Assembly: GCF_009914755.1 (NCBI RefSeq)
Contig: NC_060944.1
Length of the DNA: 64,000 nucleotides
Direction: 5' to 3' (one strand)
DNA from: the human T2T-CHM13v2.0 reference genome, Homo sapiens
In this document: positions 1-15,249 of the stretch, piece after piece
How positions within the stretch are numbered: position 1 is the first letter of the stretch
How the letters are laid out: each line of letters opens with the position of its first letter
Notes under the pieces: generated by a model
Told to the model about the DNA's origin: nothing
Databases searched by the model: none
Seen by the model: only the letters and a program-made list of their open reading frames with translations
Made by a program: the position numbers and the translations under genes

Positions 1-699
1 ACTATCCACCCTTCCCATCCTCATGCAGAAAGCAGCTCTGCAGGGGAGAGGCATGCCGGGCTGCAGTTACAAGGCTTATTAAGACACCTAATGGAACACC
101 TTGTGGTGACCGCCCCCTCTGAGGAGAGCTCAGCAAAATGCATCACAGAAGCAGATGTCAGGCTTAAGGCAAAAGCTTCCAAAGCACTAAAGCCATACAT
201 GGAAGGACTGAGACTGGCCCCATCTGTACCAGATGTTCGCCATGGCTGTGGTGCTGGGGCTCCTCACCCTTCATAAGCAAACTACCACAGTAATGATCTC
301 ACATTCTTGGCTTCTAGGGGCTGCAAGAAGAGGCACTCTTGCTTAATACAAAGCTTGGGACAATGGCTACAGGCATTTGGTGAGCCTCAAACACCATAGG
401 GGATAAAGTTTTAATTTAAGTGAATGAGTTGCAAGCCCAGCTGTCTGGGGAATGACCTCTTTAGGGTTCTCTTCGCTGCCCCTCAGGAGCTCTGGTTTCC
501 CATGTGGCTAGTTGGCTCCTACCTTCTGAAGTGGGGAGCTCTGGAAAGTTGAGATAAGGACTGGGCCTGGGGACAGAGGTTCCAAGAAGGCTACAGAGCC
601 TGATTTTTTCCTTTGTTTTCCTGTGTCTTAGGTCTCCCTCGAAAAGAATCAATGGAAGTAGGTACCCTAGTGCTGTGGTAGAAAATGTGCAGGAACAAG

Positions 700-870
700 C
701 CAGATGCAAACTCTGTCTCTACTCCTTACAAACAATGAGACTCTGGAGAAAACAATGGGGCCATTCTATGCCTGTGTTTTCTCATTTTAAAAATGAGGGT
801 GGTGATAATAACAGTCTCCTTGTCCTCCAGTTTTTATGAAGATCAAATTAGTTAATGCCTAGAGAATCAA
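700..870 (+). mobile_element. MIR fragment
   Basis: Degenerate MIR core (tgcctgtgttttctcattttaaaaatgagggtggtgataataacag...gaagatcaaattagttaatg). Confidence 0.6.
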
Positions 871-1619
871 TCAGGGTCACCCTGGGCATGTTCGAATGAG
901 GAGACTCCAAGGCAAGTTAACAAAGGGAATATTTACAAAGGTACAAAGCGGGCAAGGACAAGGGTAAGTGTAGCAGAGCACCCACGGGGATGGAAGGGAT
1001 TAGGGGAGGAAGTCGTTAACAGAAGCCAGCAGGAGAGAACAGGGGCGAGAAGATCCCCTTGAGAGGAACAGCAACCTTCAGTCAAGACACACGGCTGGCC
1101 CATAGCAACCACACAGGGAAGGCCCAGGGAATAAGTACACAGAACACTCTTACTCCCCGCCCCCCTCTGATTTCTGGCCATACAGAAGACCAAGGGCATT
1201 GGCAGAGCCTATACAGGCCAGCCTTTCAGGGCAGTGAGCAGGGTGGAGGTGGGTAAAGATGGATTGAAAGGGTCGCGTGAACACCACTAGCACAGCTCTC
1301 AATCTGCCCAGGAAGTAAGCACTCAAGGCACGAGATGTTGCTCCATCCATGGGCATCAACTTGGATATACGTGTTCAGCCCTCATCACTGGGACACTAAA
1401 TGGGGCTTTAGAGTCACATGCCACAGCCATCAATGTCTCTCACAGACCTGTAGCTGCCACAGTTGAGTGATCTGCTGGCTGAAGGGAAGGCCACCCACAG
1501 GTGACACTCCCAGGACTTCCCTGGGCCTACCATGTTCACCTTGAGACTGTTTAGACTTTGCATCAATGACAGGGCAAGAGGCAGTGATGTTTCCATCCTG
1601 TTAGAAAACAGAGGTCTTT

Positions 1620-2982
1620 AAAAAATTTTTTCCATAGGTTTTTGGAAAACAGGTGGTATTTGGGTACATGACTAAGTTATATAGTGGTGATTTCTGAGAG
1701 TTTGGTGTACCCATCACCCTAGCAGTATACACCGTACCCAATTTGTAGTATTTTATCCCTCACCCCCCTCCCACCCTTTCCCCGAGTCCCCAAAGTCATT
1801 GTGTCATTCTTATGCCTTTGCATCCTCAGAGCTTAGCTCCCACTTATGAGGGAGAATATATGATGTTTGGTTTTCCACTCCTGAGTTCCTTCACTTAGGA
1901 TAATGGTCTCCAATTCCATCTAGGTCACTGCAAATGCCATTATTTTGTTCCTTTTTATGGCTGGGTAATATTCCATGGCATATACATGCCATAATTTCTT
2001 CATCCACTTGTTGATTGATGGAGTTTAGGGCTGGTTTCCTATTTTTGGAATTACAAATTGTGCTGCATGTGTGTGCAAGTATCTTTTTTGTATAATCACT
2101 TCTTTTCCTTTGGGTAGATACCCAGTAGTGGGATTGCTGGATCAAATGGTTGTTCTTTTAGCTCTTTAAGGAACCTCCACACTGTTTTGTATAGTGGTTG
2201 TACTAGTTTACATTCCCACCAGCAGTGTAAAGTGTTCCCTTTTCACCACATCCCCACCAACATCTATTATTTTTTGATTTTCTGATTATGGCCATTCTTG
2301 CAGGAGGAGTAAAGTGGTAACACACTGTGGTTTTGATTTGCATTTCCCTTATCATTAGTGATGTTGAGCATTTTTTCATATGTTTGTTGGCCATTTGTAT
2401 ATCTTCTTTTGAGAATTGTCTATTCATGTTCTTAGCCCACTTTTTGTTGGGATTTTTTTTTCTAATTTGAGTTCCTCGTAGATTCTGGATATTGGTCCTT
2501 TGTTGGATGTATAGATGGCAAAATTTCTCTCCCATTTTGTGGCCTGTCTGTTTATTCTGCTGATTGTTTCTTTGGCTGTTCGGAAGCTTTTCAGTTTAAT
2601 TAAGTCCCATCTATTTATCTTTGTTTTTGTCGAATTTGCTTTTGGGTTCTTGGTCATGAAGTCTTTGCTTAAGCCAATGTCTAGAAGGGTTTTTTCCGAT
2701 GTTATCTTCTAGAATTTTTATGGTTTCTGATGTTAGATTTAAGTCCTTGTTCCATTGTGAGTTGATTTTTGTATAAGGTGAGAGATGAGGATCCAGTTTC
2801 ATTCTCCTACATGTGGCTTGCCAGTTATCCCAGCACCATTTGTTGAATAGGGTGTCCTTTCCCCACTTTATGTTTTTGTTTGCTTTGTTGAAGATCAGGC
2901 TGTAAGTATTTGGGCTTATTTCTGAGTTCTCTATTCTGTTCCACTGGTCTATGTGCCTGTTTTTATACCAGTACCCATGCTG
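1620..2982 (-). mobile_element. 5'-truncated L1PB (L1PB1-like), 3' UTR plus end of ORF2
   Basis: L1PB 3' UTR; ORF2 peptides on minus strand ([29 protein letters not shown]); 17-bp TSD agaaaacagaggtcttt (1603-1619) / aggaaacaggggtcttt (2983-2999). Confidence 0.92.
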
Positions 2983-3359
2983 AGGAAACAGGGGTCTTTC
3001 TGACAGCCAAGGGGTAAGTGGAATTTGCTAAGTGAAAGAGGTCCATTTTAGGAAGTCCCACTTTCTCTTAAATGACAACCAGCCTCCTCCTAAGTCTTTC
3101 CCACTTGCTCTAGGCCTGAATTCAGAGTTCCATTGTTCTTTCACAGAACTCCTTGGAGTGACAATCAACTAAATTAAATCAATTAATCCAACATTTACAG
3201 AAAGTCAGGCATGTACTGCTTCTGGGGAAAGTGGAAACAGATCAGATGCAGGCACTGTCCAGTGGTTTCTTTTTCCCAAGAGGACAATTTTGAAACTCCC
3301 TCCTCACATGCCCCTAGGGTAGCCAAAACCCATAGAGGTTCATTCTCCAAGATAGGGTG

Positions 3360-3602
3360 GTACAGTGGGCAGAGCATCAGCCCTGGGGGCCACAACACAC
3401 TCTGTTAGAACCCAGCTCCATTATTATTACATCATCTTGGGGAAAAGTCACTTAGACTCCATGAACCTTGTTTTCCTCCTCTGAATCTTTCAGAGAATAA
3501 TCTCTAACTCACACGATCACTCTAGGGATTACATGAGACGATGTGTGTGAATTTTCTAGAACAGCACCCAACACACAGTAAGTCCTCAATAAATGTTAGC
3601 TC
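3360..3602 (+). mobile_element. MIR
   Basis: Near full-length MIR ending cagcacccaacacacagtaagtcctcaataaatgttagc. Confidence 0.75.
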
Positions 3603-3791
3603 TTCACCCCTACAAGAACTCCAGGTCTCCAGATGCCTATGTCTACCCCTTTAAATCTCAGACTTAGAGGAAGTTAATCCTGCTGTTTCTGTTTCCTACA
3701 ACTTGGGCTGTGCTACCTTGTCCCATTTCCTTCTGGGTCCAGGTTTCATCACCTATTAAATGGAAGGACACAGATTACACAATGGATAAGC

Positions 3792-4116
3792 CAAGGGGTT
3801 CTCAACTTTCCCTATGACTACATTTCTCCCTGGGCTGCATGTTATGAAAGGCTTGTCCACTGCATAAACTGAATTTGTGAAGGACTACCTCTTCCTCCAT
3901 TTTCTCCTAATCAAAGCAAGTTCCCCCCTTCAGGTTTCTGAGCAGCATGAGATCACAGCTTTGTTCACCGGGTTGAATTTGAAACCTAACCCAAAGAACT
4001 TGAGATTTCTTTGAACCTGTATAGTGTAGGCACAGGCATCTTGAAATACTAAAAGCGCTTCAAGCACTACCACTTCTCCTTCCCAGATTCCCAGGTCCTC
4101 AAGTTGAAAAGCACTG
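3792..4116. mobile_element. Probable old hAT-Charlie-type non-autonomous element inside a MIR
   Basis: Imperfect TIRs caaggggttctcaact ... agttgaaaagcactg; MIR-like sequence on both sides. Confidence 0.4.
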
Positions 4117-5413
4117 GACTAATTGATTCTTCTGAAGCCCTCCAATTACTAACTCTGTCATTTTAACGTCCGAACCGGAATAACTAAGGAAAATCAGGCC
4201 CAACCTGAAAAGGCATTTGTTAACGTGAGATGGACTGTGGCTCATTATGGCAAGGGCTGGATATGTAAGGATGGAGGCATTTTATTTATGTTAGGAGACT
4301 GGGCCATTAACCAGTGTTGTGAATGTGCCTTCTACAGGCGAGTCTTTTGGCATCCCCCAGTGGTAGGCAGTCAGTCCTTTTTGTTCAGTTGCTATACACC
4401 CACTGCACTGCAGTGTCAACCCCAAAGGCAGTGGCACTTACACATTCCTTTGTGAGGCCAGCTGCTGGTTTAACCCATGGCCAGGCCTGGTCCTTTTTCT
4501 CCAAGCAACAGGGAAGGTGCTTAGAGGCCCATGGGCTTATCTGCAAAGCTATTTTCCTGGAGCTCACTTTGGAGCATCCCCTCCTGACCATGGTAGTGAT
4601 TTGAGATCAGGTGTCTTCAAAGAGCAGCCCTTGGACCAGTCTACCTCCTGACGCCCTTTCTTCTCATCAGATGGAAAACTCACAGACGGGAAAAAACAAG
4701 CTGATTACCCGGGTCTCACTCCCCACAGACATCTTCCATCTTTGGTCCTCATTAGGGCTCTTGGTAGCTGGCTCGTTGCTAAGTCAAACTTGCAAGGCAC
4801 AGTTTTTCTGCCACTTCTTTAGATCTGCACTTAATTACAGCTGTTCCTTCCTGTTGGCCATTCTCCACTGTTTCAAACATCCAAGATACTAGTCTTCTAA
4901 TGTTCTTATCCTCTCATTAGAGTTGAACATTTTGTTCTTGTCTTACATCTATTCTGTTCCCTGCACAGCTCAAGAAGTACTTGAGTTTTTGCCTCTGCTT
5001 TTATGTTGCATATTAAATAGCATTCTGCCTGGTGTGACATTGAGAATAACTGAGTTACTACTTTCTATCAAAAGTATCTAAAGATCCATGAAGACTCACA
5101 AGGCTCCTTTCTGCTGTTAAAAGACTGTGCTTTTAACAACGCTGATTTCTATTATTCTTAACTTTATTAACTCTAATCTTACTCAACTCTAATCATCACT
5201 GTCTTGCATTTCTCCCTTTCCAATCCAATTCTTGATCCATTATAGGCATCTATAATTATAATACCTCCCTGCCTACCTGGGGTATTCCTTTTACTCTCAA
5301 AAATGTCCCTATTGAAACAAAAATAAATATGTCACCCCAACCATAGAGAATAAGATGTTTCCTGTTTATTTGCTATTGCTTCAGCTCAAGTTCCTGCTCT
5401 CCATGTGTCAAAG

Positions 5414-5633
5414 CAGGGGTCAGCAAATATTTTTCGTAAAGAGCTAGATAGTAAATACTTTTGGCTTTGCAACCATATCGTCTCTTTTGCAACTACTCAG
5501 TTCTGCCATGGTGGTGCAACAGCAGCCGCAAGCAATACGTAAATGAATGGGTGTGGCTATGTTTCAATACATTTAATTTACAAAACAAGCAGCAAACCAG
5601 ATTTGGCCTGTACACCATAGTTTGCAATCTATG
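5414..5633. mobile_element. MER58A (hAT-Charlie MITE)
   Basis: caggggtcagcaaa...ccagatttggcc...tagtttgcaatctatg matches the MER58A layout. Confidence 0.85.
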
Positions 5634-5649
5634 CTTATGTACGGACTGA

Positions 5650-6320
5650 GATAATGATCTGCCTTTCCCTCTAAAAAGCTGATTTTCCTAACAGCATTAA
5701 TTATATAATCTATTATTTCCCAAAACGATTTAAGTCTACCATTATCACATAGTAAGTATTTACATAGACACAAATCATTTTCATTATCTTATTTTGTATT
5801 CTGTTTCAATTACATTTTATTTCACTAGCCACTAAATTGCTTATAGTATTAAGTTATTTTATAACTCTCTGTAACTTTTTGCTGTGCAAATCTCCCTTCT
5901 ATTAAGGGACAAAATGTCCCTTTTGCCATTCTTATGCATTTCATCTTCTATCCAAACTTTACAATCATTTTTGTCAAGTTTTAAAAACATAAATATGTAA
6001 TCACTTTGGGGGAGAATTGACATATTTATATGAATACACGTTTCCATTCAGAAACATGATATTTTTCCAAGTATTCAAGTCTTCTTTTATGTGCCTCTGT
6101 GTTAAAGTTTTCATGTTGTTCCTGCATTTTTTTTATCTTCATCCCAAGCTTTAAAAGATATTCTGTCCTGTTATGATTGGGTTTTTCTTTGCTCTATATA
6201 TTACAATTTAAAAACTGCACATAGAAAAAACCTGCTAATTTTTTTTTAGAAATTTATTTCGTATCTGGTCCCTAAAACCTCTTGCTAATGCCAATGGGTT
6301 CTTCTTTGATGCCTCCTTCA
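5650..6320 (-). mobile_element. Old L1M ORF2 fragment
   Basis: T-rich L1M-like sequence (ttggggagaattgacatattt...ccattcagaaacatgat). Confidence 0.6.
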
Positions 6321-7014
6321 TATATTTTTTTAGAATACTAATCACACTTGTTCAGAGGGCTATGTCCTTTGATTTTCAGAGCCAGAGTATTTTTTCTTTT
6401 CCATCAGTTTGAGGATTTTTCTCCACTGGCTCATCCTAGAGATACAGCCTTCATTCATGGATTCTGTTCCCCACCAAGCCCAGCCTAGATACCTCCTCTA
6501 TTTCACAAACCCTCTCATCTGACCTATCAACATGCCTTCTAGTTAGTGAGGCTTGTACTAATTTTACAGTGCTTGGGTGCAGAAGAGAACAGACTGAGAG
6601 GTAGGTGGGGCTGCAGAAACCCACTGGGAAACCTAGACCTCCCTAGAGAGTGAACACAAGTTCACTCAGAGTGGCCAAGAGAATATGACAAATGCAGGTT
6701 CCACCCAGGTTGCTAGCATACTTGAGGAGTCAAAGATGGTGGTGGAGCTGCCCAGCAAAGATGTTCAAGTGAAGGCATCAGGAGATGGGGATGCTGAGAG
6801 TCAGAAGCTAGATGATGAAGCAACAGCTTTGCTGCATTTCAGGATAAGAGCAAAGAAGCTAAATCTCAGGCACCCTTTGGTCTGATATATCTACATTAAC
6901 TCAGCATTGTCAGTGCCTTTTAGCTCATGTGGCTTGGCCCTGAGTATTTTGGTCTCATTCAGGAATCACCATCTTAATCAAGAAAACTAAGCAGAAGCCT
7001 CATATGAAGAACTT

Positions 7015-7569
7015 TGTATTAGTTAAGGTTCTCCAGAGAAATAGAACCGACAGAATATATAAAGATATATAAGAGGAGACTTATGGAAATTGGCTCATGC
7101 AATTATGGAGGCCAGGAAGTCCCCCAGTATGCTGTCTGCAAGCTGGAGAATCAGGAAAGCCAGTGGTATAATTTAGTTCAAGTCCTAAAGCCTGAGAACT
7201 AGAAGAGGTGATGGCTGATGGTATAACTCTCAGTCTGAGGCCAAAGTCCTGAGAACCCAGGATGAGAAGGTGTAAGTCTGGAAGTCTGATAGCCCAACAA
7301 CCAGAAGCTCCAATGCCCATGCATAGGAGAAGAGTCCTAGCTCAAGAAAAGAGAGAAAAAATGAACTCCTCTGCCCTTTTGTTCTATTCTGGTGCTCGAA
7401 CGATTGGATTAAGCTTGCCCACATTGGTAGACTTCTTTACTAAGTCTTCTGATTCAAATGCTAATCTCATCTAGAAACACCCTCACAGGCACACCCAAAA
7501 TTAATGTTTTACCAGATATCTGAGCATCCCTTAGACCAATCAATTTAACACTCAGAATTAACCATCACA
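7015..7569 (-). mobile_element. MLT2B-type ERVL solo LTR
   Basis: tgtattagttaaggttctccagagaaatagaacc ... aattaaccatcaca; 5-bp TSD aactt/acctt. Confidence 0.88.
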
Positions 7570-7984
7570 ACCTTGTATACGTTTTCCTCAGAATGACTGC
7601 ATGCCAGGATTGCGCCAGCAGGCTGACTTTAATCACTACTATCTTGAGAGATGGGCTCCTAAAATACAGCAAAGTTGAGCTGGATCTGAATAGACTAACC
7701 CCGTGGCTGAGCAAATCTGGGCAGGACCAGATGGAAAATGGGCTAATTCTGTACCACCCATTATCAAATCACATATATGTCTAGATCTGTGTCAACAAAT
7801 CCTTTCCAACCCACCAAATCAAATCATTGGAGTAGAACTGGGGAGACCTGCAGTACCATTACGGCTCACAATACCTCGTCACAACATGACTCTGGATCTC
7901 CTTATACCCAGAGTGTTTCTGTCTGGAGAGTAGGATGTAATGGTGACATTCCATCTTCCTTTCCATACGTACCCATTTGTTTCC

Positions 7985-8100
7985 TTTTATTTGTTCATTC
8001 ATTCGTTCATTTGGCAAATACTTACCAAGCCTACTGTCTGGCAGGCACCTTACTAGGTACTGAAAATAGAGACAGGAATAAGGAACTCTATCCTTGAAGC
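7985..8100 (-). mobile_element. L2 3' end
   Basis: ttcattcattcg...caaatacttaccaagcctactgtctggcaggcac. Confidence 0.65.
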
Positions 8101-9188
8101 ACACATCCTATTCACGCATGGTTTAAGGAGGCCAAGACATAGCAAGTTTGAACACCTTGACAAAGGAAAGAAACTAGGGAGGTACAACCAGAGTTTAATC
8201 AAGGACTGTTTAACTTACCACACCTGCTATCACTCAGAATTCTCACAGGAAGCTTCCCTAGGCACACTGTGACAGAATGGGTGGGGGAAACTCTTCCTAA
8301 CACCACCTGACATGTGCCTTGCACCCACCACAGGCATGGTACCTTGAAGCAGAGTAACAGACCAGTCAGATGATCACATCTCCCTCACCTATAGAGACTC
8401 ATGATGATGTCTTACTGCCTAGGAAACAGTACAGTAGCTAAAGCAATCACTGGGGGAAAAAATTCTGAAATCTCTAAGCATTGCTCATTAGCATAAAGCT
8501 TGGAGAGGTCTGATAAAGTTCATGGCTTATCTCCAAGCCTGCTTGCTTCCTCTCTGCCCAGAGCAGCAGCTGGGCAAGGGATTGCCTTCTTTGCAAAGAA
8601 GCAAATTAAATTAAATTAGATCAGTTATACCAGCACCACCAACAGCAGAAGCATCTTCAATAAAATTAAGATCTCGAAATGAAAACAAGGAAATCATCTT
8701 CTAAAAACCTAATCCCATTGCCCAGTTTGAAGGCGCTCACTACTGAGACCTCCTGTGGCAACTTTACATGAACATTTGGGAGCAGGGAACTAGGGGAGAC
8801 CTGGCAGCATCGTTGGGTAACCCAGGATCTGGGCCTTTTGTTTGTTGTTGTTTTAGTCTTAGGGAAGCACATATCCAATCACACACTTGATATATAAATA
8901 GGCCATTTCAGTGAATACAGTCATTGGAAACCTTTTCCAATAAGAGCATGTCATACTGGCTATGAAAGAGTGTATTTATAATCACACAGCATGGTATAGT
9001 GGAAAGAATGCCAGGTATTCCAGAAAATATGGTGGTTTGCACACCATTTCACAGAACCTCCATCTTCAAAGTTGACTGAAATGAACAAAATGAATTAAAA
9101 TGAACAACAAAAATATTATTAATTCTGAAACTCAGAAACTGCCCCAACCTCATGCTATAGGTTTTAAGTGCCACCTGGGCCAAAATGA

Positions 9189-9587
<399 letters not shown>

Positions 9588-10784
9588 TGATATAGCTCCT
9601 AATTTGAAGAGAACAAATTGGAAAGGTGTGAATATTCCACTTGGAGCTCGTTTTTCCCATTTTGGATTGACTCCTTCCCTAAATCCCTTCCCAGAGCCAT
9701 TCTGGGAATTATCAGGCAGAAACCAGTTATCTCATATGAGGACTCAAATGGGCAAAGACAAGAAAATGAATGGGTTTAGAAAAACAAACGACAAAAGTCC
9801 ATGAAACAGAAGGACCTCTCATTAAAGCAGCTGACTCATTTTGAAACAGGTGAGCAAACTGAAGCTTTAGGGGACCACCCACCCCAGGAAGAGGATCAAC
9901 TGACAATTCAATAGACCTAAATCTAGTGTCAGAATTTCAATAAATTTAGAGACAGATTAGAGACAAAGCCCCCAGAGGCTTTTTGCAAGTCCTCAGCAAT
10001 TTCCTCTCCCATAAGAGAGCAGTCAAACTGTAACCAAGTAAATTGGGAAAATAGCAAAGGCAAATTCAGCATTACCAATTTGGATCAAATAACACCATCA
10101 GGTAACTGCCCCCACTGATATAGTGGTCAAGTAGAGGGGGAAAAGTACAAGACTTAAAGGAAGATTGTGTGTCCCCCACAGTAGGTTTCACACGCAAAGA
10201 TTTTTTTTTAAAACTCACCCTGGAAGAAGAGATGCTCCAGGAAACATAAATAGATCACTGCTTTGTAATCCCAGGAAAATTAAAGAGAATTTAAGCTCTA
10301 CGAAACAAGCAATTAAAGGGTGAGAAAACATGACAGTTGTTCAAGACCGGGAGTGTATCAGCTTCTCGACAACACCCCCAGGTTCCCCCAGGGTTGTCTT
10401 CTGGGCAACCTCCCAGGTACTGTCCTCTCATCAATACTAGATCCGCTGCAGTTCCTGAACATGTGACGGCACAGTATGTAAAAATGCATATACTATTAGG
10501 GCTGGAGGACCCTCATCTAGTCATCGTCAATGACAGGACAATAAAAACCAAGTTCACGTATTTATTAAGTGGCAAAGCTATAGCTTAGACCCCAACCTGA
10601 CCCTACATGTATAAAGAGGAAAGAAGAGGGATGAAGATAGGATGTTGGGAGGGAAAAAGGAGGAGAAAAAAGGGAGAGAAAATGGAAGATGGAAGCAACA
10701 GCTGGGGTGCAGTAAAAAGGGGCACTGGACTAGCCAGAAAACCTACCATGAATCAAATCTGAGTACATGCCTTCAATTTCTGGG

Positions 10785-10920
10785 GCTACATGCCCAACAA
10801 ACAGAATTGTTGGGTCACATAGTCACTTGATGTTTAAATTTTGAGAAATTGCCAACTGTTTTCCACATTAGCTGCACCATTTGGCATTCCCATCGGCAAT
10901 GTACAAGGTTCTAATCTCTT
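10785..10920 (-). mobile_element. Short L1M fragment between MIR-like halves
   Basis: gaattgttgggtcaca...ttgagaaattgccaactgttttcca...cattcccatcggcaatgtacaaggttc; MIR-like sequence at ~10705-10760 and 10921-11020. Confidence 0.6.
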
Positions 10921-11689
10921 AGCTCTAGCACTCACTATGTTGCATGACTCTGAAAAAGTCATTTTATTTATCTGAACCTCACTTTCTTTTTCTCTAAAGA
11001 GTAGGGGTTAGAACTAGCTATCCTGTTTCTGCCTATTCACACATTCTTTCTTTCCATCCAAATCCTGACCTTCCACTGCCCACATCTGTTTCCAAGAGTT
11101 TCCTGACAGTGTGAAGTACTGTAATGAGTAAGTCCTAGCTCTGCTCCTTAGAGCTAGAATTATCTTAATCCATATCCCCAAGTTATATTAATGCACTTCC
11201 ATTTCCATCCATATCTCTCAGCGTACATTTTTTCTCTCTTGTCTATTCTTTTAACCTTTTTGCAAGCATCATCTTGTTCTGTCTGTCGGCTGTCAGCTTT
11301 TCTCTCCGAGCTTCTGCGGAGTTGCCAGATTCTTGACTATTTCCCCACCCTCAGCTCATAACTGTTTTTCCCTGGAGCTCAGCGACTGCTAAGTGGTCTT
11401 TGTGAAATCCTATTAGGATAATCTCCCTGTCTGTGTCTCCTCTCAGCTGGGCTGCCTCTAGAAACCTCAGCTGTCTTCCTACTCACAATCGGCAAATCAT
11501 AGGCTGGCTCCTGAGTCATCCAACATCGTACTTATTCACAAACATGCTTAGATGAGCTCTGAACCTGTCGAATCTTGTAGCCCACAAGCAAGAGTTAAAT
11601 TCACTGGAGATTCAACTCATATGTCTTCTCCTGCAGAAGGTGTCTCCTGTTTATGCGGGACCCCTATTCCCTCTACAATCCCAGGAATG

Positions 11690-11860
11690 ACACCTGCCCC
11701 CTTTTTACTTTTTCTGTTTCTGTTTATGTTTATCATCTATCTCTCTCATCAGACTGTGAGATTCATGAGAGCAAGGAGCTGGAGTATCTTGTCCAAAGCT
11801 GTATCCTCAGTGCCTGGCATATTACAGGCCCTCAGTACATGTTTGTTGAATTCATGAATA
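11690..11860 (+). mobile_element. L2 3' end
   Basis: agactgtgagattcatgagagcaagg...cagtgcctggcata...tgtttgttgaattcatgaa. Confidence 0.75.
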
Positions 11861-11965
11861 CGTGTTCCTCTTCCATAGAGTCAATCATGGATCTGCCTAC
11901 CTGTCTACCTATTAGACCCAAAGCTACTTTGGGGCAGACTGAGATTTACCTGCCATGGTAACACT

Positions 11966-12704
11966 TGTTAAAAATAAAATTACTCTGACACTTGTTAAAA
12001 TGGTAAGGAAGACATTATTCAAGATTATTGCAATGGAGGAGAGAAATTAGGCAAATATAACAAAGACAGCTGGGGATTTAGAGCCAAGGAACAGAGTGAG
12101 TGGATGAAAAATTACCAAGAGGAGACAAGGGTAGGGAGATTCTTGCTAAAACAACTTACCAGGGTTCTTACCGAAGGCAGGCCAGGATGATCAGATAGTG
12201 CTATCATCCGAATGTTTGTGGAGGCCAAAACTCGTATGTTGAAACGCTAACCGCCAAGGTGATGGTATTAAGCGATGAGGACTTTGGGGAGATGAATTAG
12301 GTCATGAAGGAATGGGATTAGTGTCCTTATAAAAGGGACCCCAGAGAGCTGCCTTGCCTCTTCCATCACATGAGGACACAACTAGAAGGTGTCATTTTTT
12401 AATGAAGAGAGATCTCACGAGATATGGAATCTTCTAGCACCTTGATCTTCAACTTCCCAGCCTCTACAACTGTGAGCAATAAATTTCTGTTGCTAAGAAT
12501 TAGTTTATGGTACTTTTTTATAGAAGCCCAACTGGACTGACAGATGTCAAGGGGTTGGGGGATCCTCAGTAGGCTAACCTAGCAGAGTTCTTGCTAAAAC
12601 TGGGCTAGACAGGCCACAGACAAGATAGCCAAAATCAAAGCCTAGTTGAGAAGGGAATTCAGAGGAGCATGACTAAAATTTGGTCAAGGGGAGAGTCTTT
12701 GTCA
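11966..12704 (-). mobile_element. MER31 (ERV1) solo LTR, interrupted by MLT1A0
   Basis: Right end cagaggagcatgactaaaatttggtcaaggggagagtctttgtca is the reverse complement of the MER31 5' end; repeated ttcttgctaaaac motifs. Confidence 0.8.
12199..12542 (+). mobile_element. MLT1A0 solo LTR
   Basis: tgctat...ccttataaaagggaccccagagagc...aataaatttctgttg...ggactgaca; degenerate TSD gatag/gatgt. Confidence 0.85.
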
Positions 12705-12984
12705 CCCCAGCACCTAGCACAAGTGGTTGGTACTAAATACTTACTGAGCCCAGCTGAGCACCCACCCTCAGTGCAGCCCTGCTTACCCTGACAAAGGTTT
12801 AGGGCTCTTACTCTCTCCTTTGTGCCTCAATGAGCTGCAGCGTCAGGAGAAGGGACTCCAGTAGATAGCGTTCAAGTGGCTGGGGGTGGGGAAGAGAAGC
12901 AAAATGTGACAACCCCACATTAATCAAGAAGGTACACCATTTTCTCAGGGTTTCATAACTCCAATGATTTCCTGGGCCAATCAT

Positions 12985-13100
12985 CCCAAATGACCCTCAC
13001 AGCCACTTTGTGAAGCAAGTTGATTTATCTTCTCATGTTATGAACGGAATAACTGACACTCTGGGAGGTCAAGCACCATGTCATAGGTCACACACCCAGA
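12985..13100 (-). mobile_element. MIR fragment
   Basis: cctcacagccactttgtgaag...aactgacactctgggaggtcaag...ggtcacac. Confidence 0.5.
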
Positions 13101-13169
13101 ATTTCATGAAGTCATGAAGACATAAAGTGTACATTTATCTGCTCAGAAACTTTTTAAGTTGTTGTCCCT

Positions 13170-14760
<1,591 letters not shown>

Positions 14761-14769
14761 AAGGATGAC

Positions 14770-15150
14770 GATTATTCTCTGTTCCTCCATCACCACTTTC
14801 ACCCACCAACCTAGACATAGTGGTCTGTAGTCTGTATCTCCCAGGCTTCCTTACTCTCTGCTTCTAGCTGAGTTTAACCAATGGCAGAGTTTGGCCATGG
14901 ACAGAAGACCAGGGGGTGGCTGTGTTCCTCTATAGCCTGTCAAGCAATCCCTTAACACTTTAGCACCATTTCTATTTCCTACCATTGCCCTTCAGACCCA
15001 GGGTGGTAATGGCTTCCCAAAGTTGCCAGTCCCTGGGTGCTTCACTATCCCTTGTTAATTCCCTTGATTCTGATCCAATCTCTATTTCATTAAACCCCAT
15101 TTAAATCATTCATCTCTCACATGCTTCTTGCCTAGACATTCCCTAACTGA
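14770..15150 (+). mobile_element. LTR33-like ERVL solo LTR
   Basis: cccttcagacccagggtggtaatggcttccc...gggtgcttcactatcccttg...ttcattaaac...ccctaactga. Confidence 0.7.
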
Positions 15151-15249
15151 TTGATAAATTAAGACCCAGTGGGAAGTATTTTCAAATGTATTTTTCAACA
15201 TCTCAAAATAATCAAAATATTTTTTTCTTTTGTGAAATTAACGTGACAC

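Noticed and set aside
8440-8525. Possible MER103-like DNA transposon fragment
   Set aside because: Similarity too short and degenerate to support.
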